A DNA stretch of 64,000 bases from Epiperipatus broadwayi (lineage: Eukaryota > Animalia > Onychophora). The position numbers were made by a program, and so were the translations under genes. The number at the start of each line of letters is the position of its first letter. Within the stretch, counting starts at the first letter, position 1. Positions 51,662 to 64,000 of this stretch are shown here, one piece after another. Under the pieces are notes generated by a model that saw nothing but the letters and a program-made list of their open reading frames with translations, did no database searches and had not been told where the DNA came from. The DNA lies in the NCBI GenBank assembly GCA_028023455.1, contig JAQFVV010000008.1:4960001-5024000 (forward strand), written 5' to 3'.

Positions 51662-54600
51662 TGAAGTCAGGAATCTCTCAGCCACTATGCAAAGAGAAAC
51701 CTGTTAGCCACCTTACCTTTCTTTTCCATTCCCCACCCTAAATTTTTCTTCTATTCTTCTCTATCCTACTCCATCCCATTTCCACAACTTCATCTTTTAC
51801 CACTCTATTGTCTTTATATCAAGACCCTCTTTATCTTTTTCCAAACCTAGAATTAAATTCAAGAACCAACTTTCTGTATAATCACTTCATTTATATTTAC
51901 TTTCCCACAATTTCATTATTTGTACCTTTCAGTTAGTAAGCATTTACATTCCATTAGTAGATGCCTAATATTTTCTAAGCCATTTTTTATAACTATCACC
52001 CATATTTCTCCATTTGTGTATATATCCTTGTTGTTAATGATCCTGTTTGAGCCTTAAGAAGTAAACTATTTTCCTTGCCATTATCATAAATTAGCCCACA
52101 CCCAATATTCTGTTTATCTCTATATATATTTAAACTCTTTTTTACTCTCCATGCTAGTTTGTCATCACTCCAACTTCCTACTTTTTATTAAGACATCTAT
52201 TTTTCTATTCCATTCTTTGCCACTATAACACAAGAATTTTCCTAACACAATCATCCCACCATTTGTACAAGTATACTGACATAAAGTCTTTATCCCAATT
52301 TTCTGCATACCATACTACCTTTCTCACCCTTCTTGTTGTCAATCTGTTACTTTTAAACTAATTAAATACTATTTTCATTATTCTCTTACTATCCATAAAT
52401 TGCAACATACTGAATATTTTCATTTTGCTTTTTGCATCTCTCATATCAAAACTTGACCATCCCATTTCTCCCTCAATTGCCTCTTTTGCTGTCCACAAAT
52501 CTGCATCTAATACATCTCTTTCTACTTGTTTTTGTACTTTTTTAAACAATCTAAGACTCATTTATGAACACATAACACATCATTGTCATAGGTTAACCCT
52601 GCTACTGCCACCACCTTCCATACAATTCTTGCTATATCATATTTATTATATAAAAAGCCTGTTAATTTCTTTTATCAGTCACTTCTTTTCTTTGCTTTAT
52701 TTATCAATTTTTTCTCCCATTCACTGAAGCAATTTCTCTGATTATTTAAAATGATTCCCAAATAGTTATATCTATTCACCAGACTTAACTTTATATCCCC
52801 CAATAAGAATTTTTTCTCTGTTCTTTCCTCAGTATTAACCATCATTACTTTTGATTTTTCTTCAATAAATGTAATACCCACTTTTGTGCACATCTTCAGC
52901 ATAACTTTTATATCTTTCCTACTTTCTGTTCACAAAAAAATATCATCAGCAAATTAAAAACCTACCATATATTAATAGTACCTCTACCCTTGTTCCTAGT
53001 CTTTCTACAGCTCTTTCTTTCCATTTCTCTCAAATATGACAAAAACAAAATAGGTGACCTAAGGCATTCTTGCCTTAGTCCTACCCCACTTTTACTAACT
53101 GATTCCATATTTCCTAATTGATACATGTAGTAATTATTTTCGTACAATCACTTAATACGATCCAGTAAAGCTCCATTCATTCCAGACTACAAATAAACTG
53201 TTTTCTCCTTGCATTTTACCCAGTATATTATTTTCTTCCATCCCATTTGCCACTCTTCCAGCCATCATATATTCAAAAAGTTTACAAAATACTGATATTA
53301 TCACTATAGCTTAATAATTGTTTATCTTTTTGTGGTCCTTACTCTTTCCTTTAAATAATAGTCTGGAAATTCTCTCTTCTGTTCTATTTTATAAAAACAT
53401 GATAATAGATTTAATTTGTCATATTTTCCAAATTCATCACCATCTCTGCTACTCTTCCAACTAAACCTTTTGTCTTGCCATTTTTCAATTTCTTTCTTGC
53501 CTCATTCATTTTTTGTAAAATTAATATTTCCATTACTATATACTACTTTACCATACCAATCCTTATATTCATCCCCAACAAACTCTTCCATGATTCCTTC
53601 TACTTTTTATTTTATATTCTTCTAACTTATTCTTATCATTCATTCTCCATTCACATCTTACACTATATTTTCTACTTTTATTACTATTTTCCATAACTTT
53701 ACTAACCATTTCAATTATAAAAAAATTATGATCATTATTACATACTCTCTCTTCATTATCAAGCACTTTCATTTTCTGTACTTGATTCATTTCCTCTTTC
53801 TCTATGGATACATAATCTACTGCGTGTAATATATTATTTCTAGATATTTGATGAATTTTCAATGCTCAAATTCATTCTCTGACAAAAAATTTTCAAAAGC
53901 TGTTTATTCTTATTATTCATCATCAATTTCTTCAATATGTTCATTCATATCCCCTATAACCATTATTTTCTTCTCCTTTTTTTAAACTCGGTATAACCTT
54001 AACTAGGCATTCATATATAGTATTGTTTCACCCAATTATGGTTTGATTATTTTCAGAGGCCATATCCACTATAGCTACCATCCGTTCTTGTCTTCCTAAC
54101 CTTATCTCAAATCACAAATAATTTTTGATACTAGAATATTTAAACTTTTTTTATATAACTCCTATACCACTATCCCTTTTTTTTTTCTTTTCTATTTATA
54201 ACCTAACATACCAAATCTTCTAGTGTAGGTTTTTTTCTTTTCTTATATGTGTCTCCACTATTGCTAATATCTCAAGTCATTAAGTTTTAACTGTTTTGTT
54301 TAATTCTAGTCACTTTTCTAGTCTCCTACCATCTTGCTTATTCAAATATCCAATTTTAATATTTTCTCTTTTTATTACCTTTTTACAAATTCTTGTGACT
54401 CTTTCTTTTCTATTACATTTGTAATTAGCTTGTTTATCATTAGTTTTACAGACACATTCCATCTCCACATTTATATTTGAATCAACTATCCTTTGTTTAC
54501 TTCTTAGATCCCATACATTCTTAACATTCTTTTGGACAATACTATAATTTAAAATTCTACCACCCATTATAACTTTCCTGAACTATAATATTTTTCATAA

Positions 54601-56095
54601 ATCAAACTCCCTAATGCTTTTCTTGTTTTGTTAAGAGAATATATAACTCTCTCTTACCATTAAAAAAAATCCCACACATCCACAAATATAACATTATTTC
54701 TCTCACATAATTTTTTCAATCTCTGATTTATAGAACATGCCCTTTCAAACATCTACATATTGTTGAATCTTTATTATTCAAATTTAAAATCAATTATTTG
54801 TACTCATCCATTACTTTCTAATGGGTCTGATAAATTATTTGTCTCTACCATAACATAAACAACTCTACTCCCTTGTTTTTTACCTTATGTGTAACATCCT
54901 AATTTTAGCACCAGACAATATCTATTTCTATTTTCCCTTGCAATTACATCTTCACATTCTTTAATTACCAAATCCCCTATCAAGACTGTCTCATAGTTTC
55001 CTTTCCTGACTTCATCTGTAACATTCTCTTCCACCTTCTGAATTTCCCTGTTTCTATTCATTAATTCCTTGATCTGCTCACATTTCATGTCTAACATTTT
55101 TAATTTTACTTCTACATCATTTACCTATTCCTCTATCTTAATTATTCTTTGCCTATCTATCTCCATTGCATTATTATTATATATTTTCTGCTCACATTTC
55201 ATGCCTAACACTTTTAATTTTACTTCTACATCATTTATTTATTCCTCTATCTTAATTATTCTTTGCCTATCTATCTCCATTGTATTACTTATTTTGCCAT
55301 TCATATCTCTTGTCACTCCACTAAATATATATTCTATTCTATCATTTTTATCTACATTTTCCTCCATTTCTCTTGACTTTTCTATAAATTATCTACCCTT
55401 AAAAACCATTTTTTCACTTCTTTTATCATATTTATACATGATCTATACAACCATATACCTTTTACATCCTTCCTAGTAAATAGAAAACCTTATCACATAC
55501 TGTATACTCTAACAAAGCACACCTAATTTCCTTCTGACCATTATACATACATTGTGGGACACAAATGCAATCCATATTTTCTTATTTTTCAATGTCCCTA
55601 CTTTATATTTAAATTTATGATTTTTCTATTACTCTTCAAATCTCTTTATACCAAAAGAAAAAAGAAATTTTTTTTAATGGTGATCAATGAACACGTTCCC
55701 CTAAACTTACATCTTAAATGTTACCCTCTTTCTCAGATGGATCACTCTCTACTTAAATTGAAAATTTTTTTAATACAAAACCTCCTAACATCCAAATAAT
55801 CTTACATATGACTTAGTTTTTAAAACCTCTTTGCAGTAAACATACCCACAAATAAAATATATTTTCCTTTTATATTTAAAATGGCATACTGAATCACTTT
55901 CCAAACGTTAGCAATATTTTTCTGGAACTTCCCAAATCCAATTAAATCTATCTCTCTGCACTCCAACTCTCTTTTCTTATCCACTTACTAAGCAATATTC
56001 TCCAGCAACAATTTTTCTAGATGTTTATTAAAAATATATAAAACTTTAACTTATCTTGTAGAACAAATCAACCACATCAGCACAGCAAGGTAGTT
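51662..56095 (-). mobile_element. RTEX-like LINE, near full-length, degraded
   Basis: Minus strand: coiled-coil ORF1 and esterase-like VLIGDL (54885-55097); APE IKIGYLN, GDMN, VDYV, NDHNFF; RT GLRQECLRSPILF, FADDI, YNYLGII; C-terminal AKEAIEGEMGW and IYDNGKENSLLLKAQTGSL; many stops and a deletion in RT; 5' boundary approximate. Confidence 0.8.
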
Positions 56096-57133
56096 AAAAG
56101 TTTGATCTATCACCTGATTTTCAAGTCAAAAAATATTTAATAATTAAAGGTGACCTTTATGAAATCAGAAAAATAAAATCAAGAAAGATTACTTGCTAAG
56201 TGACTGTATATTTTTTCATTACTTCAATTATAATTCTATCATTTCTATAATGTATTCACTAACAATAAGCATGTTTTCGATAATGATATAATACTAAAAT
56301 AAAGTATTATTATTTTACAGTGGATTAACAACTTTTTCTCATTTTATGCAATAATTTCATTAAATTCTTTGAGATAACTGAAGCATAGAAGTTTTTTTTG
56401 TTGCTTTTTGCTTTTACTATTTCTTCAACAAATAATTTTATCTTTCTAATGAAGTAGTAAGTATTTATATGCTAGAACATGCAAGTAAGAGCATTATAAT
56501 TTTTTATTTAATCTTATTATAATTAAAAAATAATTAATCAATATATGGATTACATTGCTTTGATATGAGAGTATATTTTTCATTTTTTCTACTTTACTGA
56601 TTAAAATATGTCACCAACAGATGTTGTTTTTTTTTAAGTTACTTTCATTTTTTATAAGTCTAATCACAATAAAGAAAAAATATTGGTATGTTTTGATTTA
56701 AAAATTATATTATGAAAGAAATTAACATAACATTTAATAGAAATAAATGAATTAATAAAAAGATAAGAATCAATAAAACTTGTATTCAATGGATTTAGAT
56801 ATTATGCAACATTTTATCTACTTTTCTTGATAAATATCAAAGTCAGCTGCCTAATATTATTTATTGGTCATATTTTCATCTTAATTAGCATTAGTTAATT
56901 TATTACATATATATTTATAGTATTATATTTTTGTTCCATCAGGTCTTATAATATGGAATACAAATTAGTCTACTATATGTGTGGCAGTTGTGGGGTCATT
57001 TTAACAAGTTAAGCACCCATCATATATGTGTGTATATGTGTGGTCAATTGCAAAACATTTAAATTTTAAATCAATCAGAATGCACTCAAGATGATAAATA
57101 AAACAATTAGATTATTATTTGTGTATATATTAC

Positions 57134-57391
57134 TTATAATCAATCTCCACATATGCACTTGAAAGCAATTTTTTTTATAATTCCTTTTATTTCCTAACAC
57201 TTTCAATTGTCCTGCAGTCTTCATCAAAGCCCTTGCATAACAGTTTTGACTGTCCTGTAGTCTTCATCAGAGCACTTGCGTAAGGTTAGGCAAGTGCTCT
57301 GGTGAAGACTGCAGGACAGTCAAAACTGTTAGGAAATAAAAGGAATTATATAAAAAATTGCATTAAAGTGTATATATGGAGATTGATTATA

Positions 57392-57392
<1 letters not shown>
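57134..57392. mobile_element. HHR-bearing foldback (family B) with three ribozyme-like cores
   Basis: Outer arms 57134-57199 / 57327-57392; cores at 57196-57227 (-), 57239-57270 (-) and 57299-57330 (+); inferred consensus CTGATGA-A-GACTG(cagga)CAGTC-GAAAC-T-GTT; 43-bp period. Confidence 0.8.

Positions 57393-57395
<3 letters not shown>

Positions 57396-57476
<81 letters not shown>
57396..57476. repeat. (AT)n microsatellite
   Basis: Uninterrupted AT run directly after the family B foldback. Confidence 0.99.
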
Positions 57477-57479
<3 letters not shown>

Positions 57480-60371
57480 AATGCAAAAAAGTAAAGGAGA
57501 AGATATAAAAATAATTATTATTTATTGTTCAAATATTTCAAAACTTTAAGTCAATAAAAGTTGTTTCTATGAAATACATACAGATTAGAGAGGTTAATCT
57601 GAAAAAAATTTATGTTGGTTGATAGCTTTTAATTTAATAACAAGCTATACATATTTTAGAGAATTTTTTGTTTCTTCTTATTATGAGTTTTAAGAGCTTA
57701 TTCTTGATCAAACTTCTAATGAAATTCAATGAAAGAATTTAATCTTTATTTAATGTAATTAATAACACAGAAAGCTAAATTTCTGAACATTTAAAAAAAC
57801 TTATGATAGTATGTCATTTATGTTTTGCAATAGAAATTTTAGCTCTGGTGGATTTTCTATATATGTAAGCTCCATTGACATCCTTTTTGTTTTTATTATT
57901 AAAAAAACATTCAACCCTCAATCTACTTAAATACATTTATATTTTTGAATTTTCATATATATATATATATATTATTGGTTTATCCATTTTGACTATTATT
58001 GTAATCGTGTAAATGCCAGGAAAAACACTGGTTAAAATTGCTTTTTTTATATTACATAATGTTAGATGAAAAGAGTTATCTTTGATTCTTACATGTTTTG
58101 TACAATTATAGGTTGATTATTTACATTATACATAATGAAACAATTTTAACTAGTTCTATAATTGGTATTTACATCTTACTCAATTGATTATCTATATAAT
58201 TTTACATTATAATTGCAATTTGAAAGTTATAATAAACTATTTGTTGGTCTGCTTTCAGAACAAGTTATGTTTACCTATTTAATGAGCTTTATTCTAACTT
58301 TTTTGAATTAATAATTTCATTCTTTGTAGTGAAGTTGCAATCTTTAGTTTTTATATAAACATATTAAAGCATATATAAAGGTAGCTTTCCACCTTTATTG
58401 TTTAAAGGAGGTTGCCTTGACAACAGATTGAGATTGTTAATTGTTAATGATATTGGCATTTATATAAATGTTGACTGCTTTCATGTTTTATATTATACAC
58501 ATCTGTGTGCTCTTATTAAAATTGTTATAAATATTATGAAATTGACAAATAATATCAAATATTAATATTGTTCAAATATTTGAATTATTTCATCTATCTT
58601 TGTGATAAACTAATATACAATTGTTTTTAATGTTACAGTAAGTAAATAACATGTTAATGATTTATTTTTAATAAGAGAATTTAGTTGAAATCAATTTTAA
58701 AAAAAAATAGTTATACTTTATTAATTAAATCATAATTTTAAATATGAGACAATATTTAATCATTAAATACTTTTTTTTTATTATTATGTTTGCTATATTA
58801 ATTAAATACTTTTTTAAGAAAAATAGCAATATCAATATTTAATGTTTCACACTTCACACTGAGTAAATAGAAAAGAGAAATCTTAAACACTATTAATAAA
58901 TGTGAACTAATTAAACATCTTTATTTTTTGAATTAGAAAATGGCCCTTTCTTATTGAAGAACAAAAAAAAAGTAACAAGGCTTGTTAATATATTTATTAA
59001 TCAATATTGTAATGTTAGTTGGACTGAGTATAAGCTAACTATGGGGGGGGGGGTCAATCAAGCCTATTTGAAACATTAAAAAATTTCAAGTTTTATTTGT
59101 CTTAGATTTGAATCCCATGTCTTAGGCATAGCAAGACGATGTACAAATCAATACACTTCGAAGTTCTTGCGAGCATTTGGAGACATGGATGAAATAATGA
59201 ATGAAGAATAATATTAAAAAATATAAAAATAGAAGTGGAGTCTGTTATACTTTTTATTAAAAATAGAACTATCATAAGGAATATGCTGGGGGTAATTATA
59301 ATGAATGAAATGAAGATTATCTCAACGCAAAACAAAGATTTAGAAAAAGTAAATTTTTGCCAAATATCTAATAGTATACATATATATTTTCCACATCTGC
59401 TGATATATATATATAAATTAACATTTTACATTTAAGAAATGTTGATAGATGAGGTTTACATTCATTATTCTTTATATTTTTATTAAATACATATCAGATA
59501 ATCATAATGTTATTAGCTAACTTATTTTTAATAAAATTAATGGAAGCTTAAATATACAAATTTAATTTTCAGAAAGTAATAATATCAAGAGGGCATTTAC
59601 AATTTATTTATAAAAATAATAAATACTTTGCACGTAATAATAAAATAAAAACCAAACACGGGCCAGTCAACTATTAAACTTGATTATGTTAAATTATGTA
59701 ATGAAACATAAGAATTTGTCAAAAATGTGTTTGTGCATATGTAATCCCTTTTTTGGAGAATGTGAATTTATGAAGATTTCATGGCTAACTTGCTTCTGGA
59801 ATGACAAAAATGGCAAATATGACATAAAACAGTCTAAATGGTTAAATAGTATTGGCGGGAAATTTGTCAACAGAGAGTTAAAATGTGTCAACAGATCTAT
59901 CAATTAACACCGAAAAGTTTTTGAATTGATTACTAAAACTTTGCAAATATATATATTTATTTAAATAAAATTGTCTAATAATGTATCTATTTTCATTTAA
60001 AACTTTTTTTATATAATTATCATTTTGCAACAATTAAAACAATTTCGAAATAAAATAACATTCTATTTAAAAATTCTGAAGTAAGAAATCACTTAAGTAT
60101 TTAAAGTATTTAAAAGTTTACGTTTGACTTTCAATAAATTTTAAAAATAATAAAAGCTTTTCAACAAAATGTTAATTGTCCAGTAAAAAAACTTAAAAAT
60201 GAAAATTAATTTATATAGTTTAATTTTAATAATTAGATGCAAATATAAGCTGAGAATAAGTGTGAAAAATAAATTTAATTGAACACATACATACTAATTG
60301 CTGATCGCTCTTAAATTTTATTACATTAAGATTTCTAAACGATATTTATTTCTCTTTTCTTTATTTATTGT

Positions 60372-60722
60372 AATTATTATAAACTCGATATAATCGAGTA
60401 TTAAGAAAAGGTAAAAATTCATGTTCAAAACTTTTATATTGCATTAAGCATGCTTCTAGCGGACCACTACCAAAATCATAGTGCTGTTTGTTTAGCAGTT
60501 GAAAATTATGCCTATATTTGATTGTAATTTATTATGTATTAGATGCCTCATTTGCATAATAAATTGCGCCCAGGTATAGGCACATTTTTTCAACTGCTAA
60601 ACAAAACAGCACTATATTTCTGGCAGTGGTCTACCGAAAACATGCTTATTGCTATATAAAAGTTTTTAATATTGACTATCAGCCTTTTTTTAATACTCGA
60701 TTGTAAGGAGTTTGTAATAATA
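60372..60722. mobile_element. ~350-bp imperfect foldback (MITE-like)
   Basis: ATAGTGCTGTTTGTTTAGCAGTTGAAAA mirrored by TTTTCAACTGCTAAACAAAACAGCACTAT; TCGAGTATTAA / TTAATACTCGA. Confidence 0.7.
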
Positions 60723-62160
60723 ATTTAAAATTTATAAATATTATGAACATATAATAAAAATTTGAAGTCTTAATTATTGTAATTTGTATGCTTCTTTAGT
60801 CTGTCAGACAAGTGAATACATTTAAAGAACACACTTCTACTTTAGTTAACTAAATCTCATTATGTACTTGTTGTTATTATATTGTGCCTAAACAACACCT
60901 GATTTATTAAATTCTTAATTTGGATAGTTGTAAGAATAATGACATATAACTCTCCTAATTTTAATTCAATATCTATACTAACAATTCACGTATGTAAATA
61001 TAAGCAAGCAATAAACATTAGATAGTTATTCTTCAAACTAAAATGTGAGGATAAGATAGTGGAATTATTGAACAGAAAGGGGAACATGAATTAGGTAGGA
61101 TTAGAAGAAATAATTGGGTGATAAGAATAAAAAATAGTAGAGTTTAATATAATATATGAAGGTTTTTGAAAGAAGAAATATTTAACATGGTTAACAGAGT
61201 TTCTGGACCTATAGACTTGTGACTTTGTTACTGCCATTTTGATTCATTTATATTTTCCAAACTAATAACTTAAAAATTGTAAACTTTTTGAAGTTTTAAT
61301 TCTAAGCTTTATAAATCTAATACTAGATCTATGTTTATACATGGTTAAATGCTTAACTATTAACATTTTTGACTCTTGGAATAATTTTATGGAGACATGG
61401 GATAGCATTTTAGAAAAATTATCTTTTGGTCAAAGTATCAAACATGATTGCAATTAGCATATATCTGAGATCATAGAAGATTGACCTGAAATCAAACCTG
61501 ACTTTAGAAATTTTAACTCATTAGATTGAATGGTATATACTATGTAAGCCAATGATTCTTGTTGATGAATGATAAAAGCTATTAAATAAAAATTAGTGTT
61601 AAAGGATTAATCTTGTCACTGCTATCTGGTGCTGAAATCTAAAGTAGAGTTATTTAGAATGTAGTACCTTTATTAATATAGATATAATTATGAACATTAT
61701 TCATGCATTTTTGATCAGAAACTGTTTATTATCTTCATAGAATAGATGATTGGATTAAACAAAGATGATTTCTGATAAATTATTGTTTGTAACTTTAAAT
61801 TGTACGTGCTAATGATTGCTTTCAAGAGACATTTATTATAAATTTTTATATTCACATCCTGCACAGAATCACCTGATTATTATAGTATTATAATAATAAT
61901 CAGTGTTTACAAAATTTTAGTGCATAATATTCATTTCCAGATCAATTTTTATATTTAGCAGAGAGGATTTGAATTTCAAAGTTAGAGTCAATACAGTTAA
62001 GCAACTGACACCATTTTTATCAAAATAAAATTCCTGAAATTCAAAAATCCTAAGATTTTGAACCCAAGTTAAATTGCTTATACCAATCTAATAATTATGT
62101 ATTCTAGTAATGTAAATTCTATTTTAATTGTAGGCATTTTGGGGCTAAGAATATTGAAGT

Positions 62161-62279
62161 CCAATTTAATCTTCAATATTCAGACTACTTTCTGGCTTTT
62201 TCCTTTGTAAATAAATTTCAAGTACTTATTAATAAAGGCAAAAGCCAGAAACTAGTCTAAGAATGGAAATTAAATTGCG
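62161..62279. repeat. Small foldback with two decayed family A-like HHR remnants
   Basis: CTTA-TTAATAA-AGGC(aaaa)GCC-A-GAAACTAGTC-TAAG at 62225-62261 and inverted AGACTACTTTCTGGCTTTTTCCTTT at ~62182-62206. Confidence 0.6.
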
Positions 62280-64000
62280 TTATTATTTGCAGTCATTGAT
62301 TATTCATGTATACTACAGATGGTACTAGAATAGGCAAAGGAGAATAGCTCATGCTTATTATTTTACACCTTAATAAAGTTGATTTAAAATTTTTGAATTT
62401 TCTCCATGTTTATATAAAAAAAGAAATAGATTTTATTAAATTTTTGTGGGATTATAAGAAGGAAAAAATAATAAAAAAGATTAAATGGTCTTAATAATAT
62501 ATTAAATAGAAATAGGATATGATCTGTGTAGACAAAACTCTATTGGGTGAAAAAAAGAAAAAAACAAATGTGTAGATGATTGTTGCTAAAGTGTAAAGAC
62601 TAGAAGAGATTTTTAAAATGGTCCTTATAATGTATATACAAATTAGCCTTTTATTGAAAACATGATCATGGTAGATAAAAGTTTAATAAGTAGAATATAC
62701 ATTTTTTATATATTAGTACATAGTTGTTATTAATTTTGACAAGCACATCTATTATGTTTTATTTCAAAACTAAATCTTTTAATAAATTATGTTAAGAGGA
62801 TGCAGATAAGGGTCACTCCCACTGATGATGATCGAGTGTTTCAATCATTAGTGTTAGTGTGCTATAGCCTGATTATTCACTCTGATTTGGGATAAAAAGA
62901 AACACTATGTATTTGTACTATAAATACTTTTTTATAATATACCAGATCTATATTTTAATTATATAAAATTTATATTATGTAAGCAACTAAAAAACAATAA
63001 TGTGGCATTCCTCTTATATTTAAAAAATTATTAATTTAACTTCAATAAATATTGGGAAAAAGTCACTTTTAATTCTGTTGGATTTTATTAAGTCTGCAAA
63101 AGTTGAAATGGGTTTTTTATGATTTGTTTTTTAAAGTGATATTAAAATTAAAAGAATGGATCAGCAGATTTTGAAAGATTAGTTTCAAACTGTCCATGTA
63201 CATATTTGTTTTTGCTAGTTTTCACATTAATTTTAATTATGCAAAAGAAAAATCTATAAAATCAATCAGTAAATCTCTTTGTTAAAACTAAAATGTAAAT
63301 GAAACTAAGTTAATCACTAGAAGAAAATTTGATATTTATGCTTCAGATTGGTTGTAAAATTACTGGTGGAAATGTAAGACTGGAAATAGCTTTGATTTAA
63401 TTACATTTGCAGCCTGCTGTTGTAAAAATTGTGATTGGTTTTGACTGTCTGTGTCACATTTATCAGAATTAACATCATAGTTAATGGTTTCCACAATAAA
63501 CTGGTACAATGCATTTGTCAGTTAATTTGCTTAGATATTGTTATTTTCAATTAAATTTTAGCTTTCTTAAATAATATTTAATAAAAAAAATTGAAATGCT
63601 TTAGTTTGAAAAAAAAAAAGAAATAAAAATAAAAACATTAAAACGATTAATCTCTTTAAAATTTTGAATGTAATAACTTTAATGTAATATATATATATAT
63701 ATATATATACTATTAATAATTTTCACTATGTTTAATGATTATAGAAAATTGATACCTACTTCTCTAGAGGTAAAGAATGTATCATATTACAATTACTACT
63801 TGTTTTAGTGATCAGAATATCAATGTTTTGCTGAATAATTCAGATTGTTTGGAAAAAATTCCAATTATTGTTAAGAAATTCTCAGCTCCCTGAAAAAAAT
63901 TTTCAATTCCACTATCGATTTGGAAATCAATTTTGTGACTTGCAGACTATTATGTTGACTACATAATTCTCTAATATACAGTTGTATTTCTTAATTCATT

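Noticed and set aside
57196-57330. CRISPR-like short repeats
   Set aside because: Eukaryotic context, no unique spacers and no cas genes; these are HHR tandem units
62822-62860. CTGATGA followed by a hairpin
   Set aside because: No GAAA or NUH downstream, so not a hammerhead; the same applies to the CTGATGA at ~1310, ~3658 and ~18145
63347-63480. Cys-rich segment with splice-like signals
   Set aside because: No continuous frame or recognisable domain

Overview
Very AT-rich, CpG-depleted eukaryotic DNA, probably from an invertebrate animal (inferred from the TE types and CpG decay). It is almost entirely retroelement-derived, and I could not support any host protein-coding gene. Contents: (1) three divergent L1/Tx1-group LINE copies stacked head-to-tail (1-10288) plus a fourth near-complete copy (42811-48094), all ending in TTGAAA(C) plus a trinucleotide tail; (2) two near-complete Penelope-like elements (PLEs) with inverted pseudo-LTRs (pLTRs), Neptune-type at 12118-15584 and Poseidon/Penelope-type at 20385-23374 with a tRNA-like module in its repeats, plus a PLE remnant; (3) RTE and RTEX-like LINE remnants; (4) several short non-coding insertions with 11-14 bp target-site duplications (TSDs) and foldback architecture. 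Counting the Neptune repeat, four unrelated sequence families carry minimal type I hammerhead ribozyme (HHR) cores, including a 452-nt tandem monomer that looks like a retrozyme/circular-RNA element. The HHR elements and the LINE tail-stacking are the strongest leads. All alignments and counts were made by eye, so boundaries of degraded elements are approximate.
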